A DNA stretch of 64,000 nt, taken from assembly GCA_965153455.1 (NCBI GenBank), contig OZ234494.1, positions 8,246,001-8,310,000 on the forward strand. Reading direction: 5' to 3'. This stretch comes from Sphagnum compactum (lineage: Eukaryota). A program made the translations under genes and the position numbers. How positions within the stretch are numbered: position 1 is the stretch's first letter; each line of letters opens with the position of its first letter. The notes under the pieces were generated by a model. That model was not told where the DNA came from. It made no database searches and saw nothing but the letters and a program-made list of their open reading frames with translations. This document shows positions 26,430 through 40,452 of the stretch, one piece after another.

Positions 26430-26760
26430 TGGCAACAAGAAGAGCATTTGAGACTTAAGAATTTTGTCCTTGAGGAGGAATACTTGCGCAATTGCTTTTT
26501 TCTACATGTCTCATAAGACCCAGCCATAAGAAATGATCAAAAGTGCAATGTGTTTGGGGAGAGGATTTGTGAACACCACCAAAAAATTTGCCAAACTTGT
26601 GATGCATACAAATTGGCAATGTTTGTGGAGACAAAATGGAGAATTATCAAAACATGATATTTGGAAGTTCATATGAAACTTTTCAACTGTTGAAGCCCTT
26701 CAAGAATTAGGTGCAAATTATGAGAACATCTAGAGGAAAACATAGTAAATGGACCAACTT
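26430..26760 (+). mobile_element. Degenerate PIF/Harbinger ORF1 (Myb/SANT-like, NAM-associated) remnant
   Basis: Broken translation NFVLEEEYL..FLHVS*DP..RNDQKCNVFGERICEHH...ETKWRIIKHDIWKF resembles the Harbinger ORF1 pattern (xSxDPxxGNxQKxxxFWxRI...KWxxI). Confidence 0.55.
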
Positions 26761-29700
26761 CAAAAATAATCAATGGCTAATTTGAGATGTTTTGAAGTGA
26801 TAGGTCAAGTTAATGTTGAAAACATTTGATGTGCTTATACACCAACATTTCTAATATATTGAGTATTTGCAAGCTATAATGGTTCACTTTTGACCATAAT
26901 TAGTTTTTAGTTGTACTTTCCATTTTTTTAAGAAGAAAATTCAAAGTTGTGAATGTGTAAAAACATTCATTTTTTTTCAAAATGTCATGACCCTTGACCA
27001 TGTGATTGCAATTGGTGGTGACATTGACTATAACTCCACCAAACATCACAACCTAATACCTCTACAACTACACACAAAAATGATGCAATAGAAGGGACAT
27101 TAATTTAGGATAGGAATATAAACACGCAAATGTCAAAACAATTGATGCCTTTAGCATCATTCATAACACAAAAACTTGAAAAAGTTTTAGAATTGAAAAT
27201 TTGTAAAATGATGAATACGTCATTGGCAAAATGCTTTTCCAATTTCATCTCTATCTACTCTCTCTATGTTGCATTGTTTTCATCATTCATTCATGTCCAT
27301 GTGCAAATGTGCTAGCACCTTTCAACATCAAACATCCATCTTGGATCTTGACATCATTACAATCGAGAGAAAACACAAATTAAAAACATGAAAAAAACTC
27401 AACAAAATGCAAGCTTGTCACTAGTTTTAAGGGAAGCACAAAACATGTGTAAATTTAAGGGGAAAGTACACTTGTAGCGAAAGGAAAATTGAAAGTGACA
27501 ACATATTAGGTTTGTGCATTTTTGATGTTAGCTCATGTAGTGGGGAAGGTGATACGTATGACGGTTGATTATGCATAAATTGCACCACATGTGCAATGTT
27601 GTTTGCCATATAAATAGTGGAGATGCAATTGTTAATTATCAACTAACTTGGATTGTTTTTGGTGTTATTCATTTGTTATGCATAAGGATTGATTTTTTTT
27701 CTCTCCTCTATGTGTGATTGACCAAAGGTGTTCCCATGCATTCATGCTTCATGTGAGCTTTAAAGTAGGCATGAAATTCAGCCATTCAAGCCAAAGTGGA
27801 GACAAAAGTAGTTGCTCAATCTCTAAGAAATCTCTAGGTTAGATGAATGTCACCAAATTCTTGGAAGAAAGCTAGAACATGGACAAAGTTGTTATTACAT
27901 GAATAACTACTTTGCATGAGTCTTACACAAACATCAATTGAATTGTGGACCTCAAATGTAAGTCATCACAAGACTATTACAACATTTTTTGGTGATGACA
28001 AGATGAACTTTCATGTAAAAGAGGTTTACAAAAGGTTCCATGAAAAGTTATGAATAGACCTTATAAGTCATTATGATAAAAGTTCAGAAAACTAAACAAC
28101 AATCTTGTCTAGGGTTGATTGAGGTGAACTTTAGACTTCTTAAAATCTATGGTTGAAAATAGTTTCAAGATTTCAAAAAACAAGAATGGTTAGGTGCAAA
28201 ATACACTAACTAGGATTACAACTTAACCCCTAAACACCCAAATAGCCAAATCTGGTTTTTTTTCAAATTTTAAATGGTTCTAAAAATTTGAGATTTTGAT
28301 GGTTTTCATTTTTTTTTATTGAGTGTAACTTTTCAAGATCTTTCTTATGATAGTTGCCCAAAAAAATGCAAATTATTTTGAATTATTTTCTGTAAAAAAA
28401 AAGGTCGTCAGCCAATCACACATGTGAATTTGGCTGCCCAAACTGCCCATTTTCTTGTAAATTATGTTTTTGGTTGGAAAATTGGTTCCAAAAAAAAACA
28501 AGTGGGGGGAAAGGGGAAGTGAGGAAATAAATAAAAAAGGAGGGAAAGAAAAAAAGGGCATAATTATTTAGATGGTGCAATTATGAGGGGATGTCTCCCC
28601 CCCCTCCCCCCTAAACCTAATTATGTGAATCTTTATTTGCACATGGTCCCAAAGTATGAGAAAAATCCACCCCTCAAAACATGTAGGTCATTAGGGTGGA
28701 CCTTTCCCTTTGGCAAATATTTCTTTTTTCTTTTGCAATTTTGTGCGAATTTACATTGGAAAAACGTATATTGGCAAAATTTTCAGCTTTTTTTTTCAAT
28801 TGACTAAGTGGGGAAAAATCGAAATTCAGGGAAAAAAAAGAAAAAGAAAAAGGAAAGCCAACAAACCTAAAAATAAAAATTGTAATCCTCTTGTAGCATG
28901 CTTGTTGGTTTTCCAATAAATGGTGACATGTGTCCTAAAATCCCCAAATTGACTTGAAATTGTACTGATTTTCCAAAAACCTCCAAGTTTTCCCAAAAAT
29001 ATATGTCACCATTGTGCAAGAAATTGCCAAAAAAAGAAACACCCTTCAACTTGGCAGCAGGGTTTAGGGTTTTTTTTGTTTTCAATTTTGTAGCTTGAAA
29101 ACTTTGGCATAATTTTCCAAATGTTTTTCAAATTTACACTAAAAAAAAATCTCAAATTTTGGCAAATCTAGTTTTTGCGAAGTGGCGAAATTTGTCAAAA
29201 AGAAAAACATTGGCATGGTTTCCTTTTTTAATCAAATATGTGACATAGGTGGGTTGGCCATCTTTCACACAAGAGGACTTAGCCTAATTTGACGAGAGAT
29301 AATAGTGGGAAGTAGAATATATATATATATATATATATGTTATGAAGCTTCCTTGCATGGATGGCGTCTCATTAAATTTTTTTTTGAGAGCTTTCAAAAG
29401 TTTGCCATAGTTTTGGGCAAGAATTGCCCTACTTTATATTGGTGCATTCAAGGTGCCCAATCTTACTCATATGTTTACTAAACAATTTGAAATTTTTATA
29501 ACTTGTTATTCATGTTACGTTCTTAAAATCCAACGATGCATTTTTGTTAATTCTCAATTTTTGCTTAAATCCATGAAAAATAGAGATACTTCTCTTTTGG
29601 TTGTGAAAATCACCTTCAAAAAGGCCTAGGCTTTTAGGGTTTAAGGATTGATAACCTTTCAAACATTCAAATAAGTTATTAAGTTTGAACAAATTAATAT

Positions 29701-30585
29701 CTGACCCATATAGGTCTTGCTAGTTCTTTGGATGCTACCTACTAGGTAGGTACGTTCTCTAGCTAGTTTTTAAAAAATCCATAATTAGCCAGTAGGTTAT
29801 TAATAATTTCATTATAACTTTATTGATAATTGAGTGTTTTTCTCAATAACTAACCAGCACTATTACAACTAACTCCCCAACCAGCATTAAGTGAGAATTT
29901 TACTCTCATAAGGAACCTAGGGTTAGCCCTTGGTATATAATATATGCATAGGCAAAGACATTAGAATTAGCTAATGATTAACTAATTGTAAGCTTCTAGA
30001 ACTAACATGGGCTAACGTAGTGGATGATTTAATTAGATTTCCAATGGTTTCTAAAGGCGGTTGATTGCGTCCGACCCAACATGATTTTCCTTGCAACATT
30101 CATGTTGAATGTAAGTAGCTTGGATGCGAATTCTGTCAATGCCCAAGCATTGCATCACAAAGGCGCATAATTGGCACAAAAAAGGTTCCACACTGATTGC
30201 ATGCAATATCCATTCTTATGTGAAAGCTCAAACAAGCTGGAAAGACATTGACATGCTCTGAAAGGTTTAATGTCTGATCTTGGGGCAAGTAATTGAATGT
30301 CTGCCTACAACTCCTAGGAGGAATTTCTCTGCCAATTAATTCATCATGGCATTTTCACCTAGCTTATCCTGGTTGATAATCCCAAGCCAAAAACATTTTT
30401 GTTTTGTTTTTTGGGGTGAATCATTGTAACTAGCCTGCTCCTTACTCCAATGTTAAGAACTTATTAGGAACTGTTTAATTTCTTGTTTTGTATTATCACT
30501 ACAAGTGTTGCGAGTTCAAAATTGGGAAGAAAGATGAACTCTCATCAGACCTTCAAGCTTCAAGAAGAAATTAAATGGCGAGAAG

Positions 30586-33500
30586 TCATTTTGATTTCTT
30601 TGATTGTGTCTGCAGGCTGATGAGTGAATAGTATGCTCCGCCTTCACCTTTGGCCAACAACTCTTCATGTCGCCCTTCTTCTAAGATTGCCCCATCCTGA
30701 AGTACAGCTATTTTATCCGCACCTTGTATGGTTGACAGCCTGCATACAGATTCAGAACAAACTGTATCATGATCAAGCTTCCTCAAGTAAGTAATGTTTT
30801 GTAGAGACTGAAAGTGGTGTTGCTTGGTCGGGTATTTGCTTTTGTTAGTAATGACCTCCACGCATGGAGTTCAAGCTTCTGCATATATTGTCAGAGTCCG
30901 AGAAACCATTGGTTCCAGTTTTTCAAAATCAAAAACCAGAAGCAAAGAACCACCAGTTCCAGTTATTTCAAACCGGTGGTTTTCATGAGAAAAATCGCTA
31001 AAGACTTTGGCAGTTATATTTGATTTAAAAAATTTGTCAGAGAATCTTGGTTATATATATATACCAGAAACCAGTCTTCAGGTAGGTGAACCCCCTAAAC
31101 CCTAAACCCTGATAACTGTTGGGGGTCTGTTCCTGTTTTTGATAACCACCAAATACACTCGTAGATACCACAACCGCATGATTGTAGGTGCGAAATTTTG
31201 AAAGACAATCTTCAAAGGAGAGGAAGCATCAGCCATTAGACTGGGTCATCCAGGGCTCCCAAGTGTGCAAACCTGCGGGTTTCTTGTTGCATCCTTGGGG
31301 GATGATTTAATTGGGTTAGGGCTTAGGGTTTAGGGGGTTCAAGCCAATTCATTAGTTATTATTATTGGCTATCAATTTAGCGTCCCAACTATGATAGCTA
31401 AAAAATACACATATTGAAACATACAACTACTTTGTTTGGAAACATTGCCATTGTTTCTTTCAAGGTGCTCTCACCTGTGGGCAACTACAATGGTAGTTCT
31501 TCCAACCATCATCCGATCCAGTGCATCCTGTACCACACGCTCTGATGCCATGTCCAATGCACTTGTTGCTTCATCCAAAAGCAAAATTGCTGGGTTTTTC
31601 AACACGGCACGGGCTATGGCCACCCGCTGCTTCTGGCCACCAGAGAGTTGCAGTCCGCGCTCTCCAGCAAAAGTATCATAGCCATTGGGAAGGGCACTGA
31701 AAATGTTCATAACAATCATCCGCAATTTAGGGTTTTTAGGGCTTAGGGTTTGCAATATTGCAGACAATGATCAAAGACCTTTAAAGCCACTACTCATTCT
31801 TCTTCATCCTCCTCATCTTCCTTTCAGCGAGGTGCATGCTCTGTTGCAGTGGAAAACTATTATCTAGGGTAAGGTGCCCTCCACATGTAGACACTTAAAC
31901 AAAGAGATAAAATTCTACCAGTTCTTTACAACTAGTTAAATCCCTCTGGTAGTGCAATGATGAAATGGATTTTCCCGTTCATTACCTGATAAAATTGTGA
32001 GCATTGGCAGCACGAGCAGCTTCAATGATCTCAGCTTCCGTTGCATCCTTTTTCCCATAAGCAATATTTTCGCGAAGGGTACGTGCAAAGAGAGTTGGCT
32101 CTTGGCTCACGAGTCCTATATGATGACGGAGTGATTGTAAATGCAAGGCTCGGATATCCTTTCCATCGATCATCACAGTACCACGTAATGGGTCATAAAA
32201 CCTCTCGATCAACCCGATAATTGTTGATTTTCCAGACCCACTTTGACCCACCATTGCGACCGTGCTACCCACATCCACCTTCAAGCTGAAATCTTTGAAC
32301 ACCATAACATCTGGTCGGGCGGGATAAGCAAATTGGACATTCCGAAGCTCTACCTTTCCATCCACATTTTCTACCTTCTCTGCTATGGGGTTATCTGCGT
32401 CGATTTCGGTGCGGCGATCAAGGATGTTAAACACTGATGCAATGGCTGCTGTGCCTTTTGCAATATCGGGCGTGAGTGTGCCTGCCTCAGCCAACATACG
32501 GCCACTGCTGATTAACACTAGAAACACTTTCAAGACCTGGCTCAGGTTGGCTTCACCCTTGCTAGTTAAAAGCCCCCCGTACCAGAAATCCAAACCCCAC
32601 GATGCGTACAGACAAAACGTTGCTGTCCCAAGTCCGAGGCCTGCCACTTGAGACCGCAAAACCATGTCATTGTTTGACTTCTCCAGCTTTTTCTCAAAGA
32701 GTCCCAGGATCTGCAAAAAACACCCTCTCTTTGATGAGAAAATTGGAACAAAACTATTGCAAAGTACAGCAAAAAAAGGATGCTCTGCATTCTCCACTGC
32801 AAGAGGAATCAATGAAACATGAATTTCTAGAATTCACATGTGTGTGACACATATCAAGCTTATTACCATGAACCATATTAGAGTTATCCGTAAAGTAACC
32901 CTCTCTTCACCCTTTCTTTGGGCCTCCTTTCACCCCCTATTCCCTCTTTCAGTGGTATCCGCAAAGTAAAGACATTTTAATAAATCTCAGTATGAAATGC
33001 TGATACTCAGCATTTAATGCACAAGGTTCGAGACTGATTATACTAGTTGTACAGTTAGGAGCAGTGAAAATATATGTAGCACTAGTGGAGGCGCTCAGGA
33101 AAAAGGAAAGACAGGATGAAACTCAGTTTACCACCAAAATTGATAGTTTTCTGAGTTTCATCCCCCCTTGAATGCTAATGTACTTTTCTACAGGTTTTTT
33201 TTAATCTCACCTTGTGTATGACCAAGCTCAAGGTTCTGGTGCTGTGTTTTTCTTACTTTACGGATAACCCTATTATATCATATCACTTAAGTTCCAAAAT
33301 TAGTTGGTGAGGTTCTGACAAAAAAAAGAGAGAGTCTCCAAATTGCGAAAATTTGTCCCAAGAAAAACACACGGGATGCTACATCAGAAAACTGAAAAAC
33401 AAAAAAAAAGGAAAAAAAAACACATGCACACACACACACAACTGGGCGAAAAATCTTTACCTTGTCTTGGGCAGAAAAGGCGGTTACTGTGCGGTGTTGA

Positions 33501-36500
33501 GCAACTGCCTCACTTGCTACCTGGGCTGCATCTTGTTGTGCTTGTGCGCTTGCAACTGCAATTCTCGTCAAGATCACCTTCTTCATGTAGAAACAGAGAA
33601 GGATGAGGGGCTGTATTACAATGATTACCAATGCCAGCTTCCATAAGACTATGAAGGCCACAACAATGCTCACAGTTAAGGCACTAGTCACTTGCACCAC
33701 GAGTGAAATCCGATCTCCCACTAAAGCTCGAACCTGCCATGCAAATTCATCAAAAGTGCTTAGATGCCGCCTTAAAGGTAGAGGAAGAAGCATCATAAAC
33801 CATGAGGATCATAAACTGTTAAAGTGAAAACCTAGTGTGGGCCTCAAAGATCATGTGTAATGTTTTGCAAAACACTCACTCACTTTAAAGACTCTTTGAT
33901 TTTAGAATACTTAGTTTAAAAACCTCAAATTAGCTCTTGTGGTGGCCGAGTTCCTCAAAATCCCAAATTTGAAAAGACCTAAGATTTTAATTCCCCTTTT
34001 TTTTTGCAATGGATTAGTTCCTTTTTTGCAATCCCCTCCCCCAATTGGGAAAATTTTGGAAACTTCTGGGGGTTTTAGTAGTGCATTTGACTAATTTTTC
34101 TTTTTCTTTGTGAAAAAAATTTTGCAAAATTTTTATGCTCAACCCTAGGGTAAAGTTTTTGAAAAAGCTTATTACCATGTTTGCATCAGTAGAAAGACGA
34201 GCACAGACAGACCCACTAGAATTTTCATCGCGATCATACCACCCAACCTCGTTGCGAAGAATGTTGGCCAACATACGAACGCGAATGCGCTTGGTTAAGT
34301 ACTCGCCAATGGCTGCAAAATTGTAATGTTGCAATAGGTTGACGGAGAATGCGGAAACTGCTAGAACCATAAAAACCGCACAATAGATCTTGACATCTTG
34401 CCGCAGCTTGTGGGGATCATTAGCATAAAATGCACCAATCATGTCACCCAAAATGTAAGCATATGCGGGTTGCACAAACCCAAACCCTATTGCTCCACTA
34501 AGCCCTAGAAGCCCTTGCTTCCATTCTGGCTTGTTAAGAGCAATCAGCCGCCGAAAGGATGGAACTCGCGGCGCCTCTGCTGCCGCCAGCTGCTTGTGAT
34601 CTTGAACTAATTCAATGTCGCCTAGTTGCTTGTTGGAGGTTTTGACCAGAGGTTGTTGACCGTTTAAATCTCCAAGATTGTTAGATTTTCTCACTACTTG
34701 AGGCAAGTCAATGATGCGCGATGAGCGACGCGGTGATGATGATGGTGAGGAGCGATGATGTGATATTGCTTGATAACTACTTTTGACAGACTTTCTGACA
34801 TCCGCATTTTGGATGATATCATTGTTGGAGATAGGGGAAATATTTTCTCCTCCTTCTTGTTGTTGTTCTTGTGCTTCTTGTAATTGGATGAGTGCTGCAT
34901 ATGCACCTCCTCCTCCTCCTGCCAAAAGCTCATCATGGCTCCCCATTTCCAACACCTGCAGTTAGTTAGTTCAAATTAGTTTACTTAGAGACTTTGCAGG
35001 AGGAGGAGATCAGCTGCGAATCCATGACCTGAATCCCAAATGAAGAGAGAACAAGTGATTTTTAAGGGTTTAGGTGTATTGTGTGTCCTGCAGCAGTTAG
35101 TTAGTTAGTATAGGAGAGGGGCCTGAGTACAGGCCCTTCTGTGATTTGAGATCTGTGCCAGAGGCCGGTAGGCCGAGGGAACAGGTCGAAAATCACGGAA
35201 TGGCCTGTACTGAGGTCCTTTTTCTACGTAAAGCGGAGCTGGGTTATTTTCACTTTTTAGAAAAAGTGACAGGCTGGCTGGTACCTTCCACCAGAGAAGA
35301 TCCCGCTTGCTGAAAACAGGTTTCTTCAGGCAGGTAAGGGAGCTGAAAATACAACGTAAAAATCCAGGCAGTGCTTTGCGTTGCCCATACCTTTCCAGAT
35401 TGGACAACAGCAATGATGTCAGCGGTGCGAATGGTGGAGAGACGATGCGCAACCACAACAGTGGTACGCCCCACAGCAGCTCTCTCTAGTGCTTGTTGTA
35501 CCACTTTCTCCGACTCCGCATCCAATGCACTTGTGGCCTCGTCAAGTAACAACACTGGCGGGTTCTTGAGCATTGCCCTTGCTATTGCAATCCTTTGCTT
35601 CTGGCCTCCTGACATTTGGACTCCCCGCTCCCCTACCTGCAGGAGGAATGCATGCATGCAGCACAAGTTTCAGGGTTGGTTTTTTGTTTTTCTTCATATT
35701 CCTCAAGTAGGTCTACTGGTGAGGATCCCCAGCATTAAATAAGCATTAAATGGTGTGACTGTCCTAGGTGGTGATGGGCTGTAGCATATCTCCAAACGTG
35801 CTCCAGCAAGTGGCAACCTAGGAAGTGCTTAGATCTAGATGTGATTTAATGGCGAAATAAACCCCTAAAAACACTGGTCACAATTTACAGTATTTTGGGT
35901 CGTGCCTGAGTATCAAATCCTTGCGGTAGCTGCATGATGAAGGTGTAAGCGTTTGCCGACTTAGCGGCCTCTACAACCTCGTCCATGGTGGCCCCATCTT
36001 TCCCATACAGAATGTTCTCTTTGATGGTGGTAGCGAACAGAGCGGGCTCTTGACTGACCAAACCAATCTGGCGACGCAACCATTTGAGTTGAAACTCTTT
36101 GATGTTCACGCCATCGATGAGCACTTCACCAGCCAAGGGATCGTAGAAGCGTTCCAGCAACGCTATTACAGTTGATTTGCCTGATCCACTACTCCCCACC
36201 AACGCCACCGTCTTTCCTGCAGGAAGCAAGCAGGCAGTTGTTTTTCTTTTTTTCAATTTTGTGTTGTAGCCGAAGTGGCAATCATCCATAAGATGATTTA
36301 GCCAGATTTGGGGATAAGAAAATATGAAAGTAAAAAGAAATCAATCTAGCGGAAGTCTAGAAAACTGAAAGAAATCAATCAATCTGGCGACTGGAAAACT
36401 GAAAAAAACACAAATTTTTTGAATCCCACCCCCCCCAAACTTGCCTGCAGGTATCCGAAGAGAGAAATTCTGGAAGATGGGTGCATCTGTTCTCGACGGA

Positions 36501-39500
36501 TACGTGAAGTCGACGTTGCGCAATTCCAAGTTGCCTTCCACCTTCTCCAAGGTTCGGCCGCTGACATCGTCGGCGTCAATTGGCGGCACGCGGTGGATCA
36601 GCTCGAAGATGCTGTATGCAGCAGCTCGCCCTTCTGAGAAGGACTTGAAATGCGGAGTTGCATTTCCAAGTGCTCTGAATAACAGCGTCATGCACAATAT
36701 TGCAACCACAACAACAGTGCAAGAAGAATTCATCAGTCCGATCTGCAGTCCTGATTGCATTAACGAAACCACCAGATCAATTTTATCTAGATCCAGAGCT
36801 CCGGAGATCACGCATGAAATCGACGTAACTAAGGACATCTTTCCATTAGACTGCTGTGTCACAACAGCTTTCCATTATGTTTTAAAAACTAGCTCTGCTC
36901 ACGCTAGTCATCTCACAACTCTACCGGTCAAGCATTGAGCGATGGCAGCCTTCCATCGACCAACTGCAGGGGTTCTGAGATGATCTGTGAGTCACAAACT
37001 GTGACTCACCATACAATGACATTGTTCTTTTTTTTCCCTCTTGAAAACATGCGTTGCCAAAGTTCCTAACATGATTAATTACATATTTTCAATGCCCGCC
37101 CTTGCAGCTCTCCAATGGAAAACCAGTGTCACTGAGGCGGCAAGAAACAAAGCCCTATGTATATCAGTGGCTTTCCATTAGGTTGCTGGGTCGAACTTAC
37201 TAACTGTGATCAGAACAGCCTAGTGGAAAGAGACCCTAAGTATTGAAAAGAAGTTTTGTGTGCAGTTAGTTAATTAGTTACGTACATGCCGCCTACGAGA
37301 ACTGAAACGCCTGTCATCAGGACTTGGGCTCCGTTTGCATGTCCCTTCAGAACTTGTTGGCTACCGTACCAGGCCATGAAAGCCCAGATGGCGAAGTTGA
37401 CACCGATGGAACCGATGGCCAATCCTTTGGCAAACCCTTGCTTGAGGCCCAGCTCCACGGTCTCGTTCAAGGAGTCTGAATACGCCTTCACGGTTGTTTC
37501 TTCCCCCACGAACGAATACACGGTGCGCACTGAGGAGATGGATTGCTCCGCTATGGTTCCAGCTTTGTTGTACGCCGCTTGCATTCTCAATGCTAGTACC
37601 GAGATCGCCCGGTTGTAGAATCCTCCCGGGATCAACAGAAACGGCAGAAACGGAAGTGCCACCAACGCCATTCGCCATACCAGCAAGAATCCTAGCAAAT
37701 AACCAGCAACAAACAACGACATGTTCTGTATGAAGTTGCCCACCTGCAACAACAGCGCCATCCATCACCAGTCATGAGTCCCAAGTCCCAGTGTTTAATC
37801 TAGATAAAAATCGACATGTTGGACTTGTTGCTGCTGCCGCTGCTGCTCACCTTTTCGCTTATGGCCTGCTGAACAACCATGGTATCAGCGGACACACTAT
37901 TCACAACTGCCGAGGTACTGCTTGATTCGTCATCAAAGTAGCCCACATTCTGGCGTAAAATTGCGCGCAAGTATTTGGCACGGATCTTTGCGCTCTGTCT
38001 CTCGCCAGTCCGCATCCAGCAACTTGCTTCTGCAAGCAAGCACACAAAAATTCTTGTACATCTTATCAGCAAGTAATTAGTGCCTGCCTTTCTGCTGCAA
38101 CTAAGCTGCTGCTCTCTGGATTTATCCAAAGTCTATGGTTTCAAGCTGACTAGCTATTCATGATGTACTGGTGTAATGATCTTATTATAATTATTATTTG
38201 AATTCTTTTTCAAAAATTAACTACCTACCTCTTCCAAGCCTATCCTAGCTAGCTCACTCTTTTTTCCTGTGCCTTTTCATGTCCATGTTATCTAGTAAAA
38301 TCAAATTTGAGATTGACATAAATAATGATGAACTATTGGGAACAGTATGGAAATATACCAGAGAAATAAAATGTCCATGTTATCTAGTAAAATCGAATTT
38401 GAGATTTGACACAAATAATGATGAACTATTGGGAACCATATGGAAATATACCAGAGAAATAAAATGTCCATGTTATCTAGTAAAATCAAATTTGATATTG
38501 ACATAAATAATGATGAACTATTGGGAACCATATGGAAATAGACCAGAGAAATAAAATGTCCATGTTATCTAGTAAAATCAAATTTGAGATTGACATAAAT
38601 ATGATGAACTATTGCGAGCCATATGAAAACATACTAGAGAAATACTAGTATATTATTATATACTAGAGAGAGAGAGAGAGAGGAAGGGAGGGGGTGGGGG
38701 GGGGGATATTATAAAATTTGAATAATTAAAAAAATATTTAGATAGATATTGTACAGAAAACATGAATTAGATTTAATTATATAATTTTTGAATTGACGCC
38801 ATATAACCTTGGATTAATCTAGAGAGCTTTTTCCGGGGCCATGGGGTTAGACTAAGTAAGAAATTTACTACTGAAGTTCTAAATACTCTGCTGAAAAGCA
38901 AAACTTGTGTAGAACTGAGCTGAGAGAATGCATGCATGCATGTGGGATGAGAATCATTCATTGTGAGAGAAATGGTGGATGCTGAAGAGCAGGCAGGAAG
39001 GAAAGCTCACCAAGGTAGTTTGTACAAAAGCCGACCAGGGAAATGTACACAAAGTTTAGAGCGTTCTGCCAAAAAAAAAAAAAAACAACAACAACCCATT
39101 GCAGTTATACAAAAGCCAACAAGAAAGAAAAAAAATTTCAGCTCAAGAATATTATCTTTCAAAAAAATTATTAGTTCTAGATACAGTTGACTTAGGTTTT
39201 TGCAGAATGGACTTAGGAGCTCATGCTGCAACATCCGATCTCCAGAGACTCTTGTGTAGTGCATACATGGGAAATTTTTCGGTACAGAGCTGTTGGATCC
39301 GATCCCTCCAAAATGCCAAAGGAATTGAGGACTTTGCTCTGGATGAGGAGCATGGCCGGGATGATGAGCCCATTAGCCACAGCTGCCAGGGTGCCCACCA
39401 GCATGAGCACCACATCCACCTTGTCTGCATATTGATACAGCTCGTAATATGGCACTGTGGCCCTTTTCCCTGCTTTTTTGGCATGGTTCTTCTTCAGATT

Positions 39501-39653
39501 CTTCTCCTCCTGCTGTAGAGCTCCACCCCCTAATTTCATGTGTTCCATGTGCTCCTGATCATCATCATGTTCAAGTTTCTTCAACTTGTCAGGCACTGCA
39601 TCTGCTTCTTGATCAGTCACCCTGAGCTGCTCCTGCTGCTGCTGCTGACCCAT
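30586..39653 (-). CDS. ABCB: Full-length ABCB (MDR/P-glycoprotein) transporter, ~1339 aa, 12 exons, ABCB15-18-like
   Basis: Exons 39653-39267, 39065-39011, 38029-37851, 37743-37286, 36674-36445, 36216-35906, 35636-35391, 34955-34176, 33733-33461, 32710-31986, 31696-31475 and 30739-30586 sum to 4020 nt in frame. Two TMD-NBD halves carry Walker A ([18 protein letters not shown]), signature ((M/L)SGGQKQR), Walker B ([11 protein letters not shown]) and H-loop (VAHRLST). Confidence 0.95.
32880..33271. mobile_element. MITE, family A copy 2, inside an ABCB intron
   Basis: 19-bp TIR AGAGTTATCCGTAAAGTAA / TTACTTTACGGATAACCCT (one mismatch); ATT on both flanks. Confidence 0.9.
36936..37134. mobile_element. 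Probable ~200-bp MITE in an ABCB intron, with an internal perfect hairpin
   Basis: Imperfect terminal inverted similarity (...ttccatcgaccaactgcagggg / cccttgcagctctccaatggaa...gtcactga) and the internal stem GTGAGTCACA-aac-TGTGACTCAC. Confidence 0.5.
38279..38644. repeat. Tandem repeat, 4 x ~92 bp, in ABCB intron 2
   Basis: atgtccatgttatctagtaaaatc...gagaaataaa begins at 38279, 38371, 38464 and 38556. Confidence 0.95.
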
Positions 39654-40241
39654 GATGTCTCTAATTGTGTTCCTGCTGCTGCTGATCAATCTATCAATCA
39701 ATCACCCAAGCTCCTATTTGTTTGCTGCAAGCTTCAGCATCCTTTTTTTTCTGAGTCAATGAGGAAGCTGCTTCACAGCAGCTAGTGATCAGATTATGGC
39801 GAGACTTCCTGAAATTTTTTGCAGCTGCTGCTGCTGCTGCTCCCGATCAATTCTCCAATATCCCCGGCATGCAGCATGCATATTTTTATAGACCAAATTG
39901 GTTCTGGTGGAGCCAAACAAACCCAAAGACAAAAGGATGAAGAAGAAGAAGAAGAAGGTGGGCCCATGACGTTACAACAGCAACACGTGCTTTTCTTCTT
40001 CTTCCTCAAGTCTCTAAAGCAAAGCATTTGTGATAATCTTCTTAGTCAAAGAAAGACAGTGCTATTCAATGGGAACAACAACAATAACAGCAGACTGTTG
40101 ACTCTTGGTCAACGTCTTTGTTGGCCTTGCCTTGGTAGGCAAGGATATTGTGTATAGATTGATTATAGAGTATAGTAGCTTAAGGGATTTTAATAGGCCC
40201 CTAGGTAATTATAATAGGTCTATTTTTATATGAGGATTTTT

Positions 40242-40452
40242 AAAGGAAAATTTTAAATTCACACCTTTTTTGGTTAAATTCACACCCTTCGCGTGTCCGA
40301 TTTTATGCAGATTAAACTTTAAGAGTATGTTCCTTTATCAGTTCAATTACTTCTGCGGGCAAGTTCTGGAGTTGTGCCCTGATTGACCACAGACCCCACA
40401 CAGAAAGGGTGTGAATTTAACCAAAAAAGGTGTGAATTTAAAATTTTCCTTT
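40242..40452. mobile_element. Fold-back MITE (~210 bp) with ~45-bp TIRs, upstream of ABCB
   Basis: aaaggaaaattttaaattcacaccttttttggttaaattcacaccct ... agggtgtgaatttaaccaaaaaaggtgtgaatttaaaattttccttt. Confidence 0.85.
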
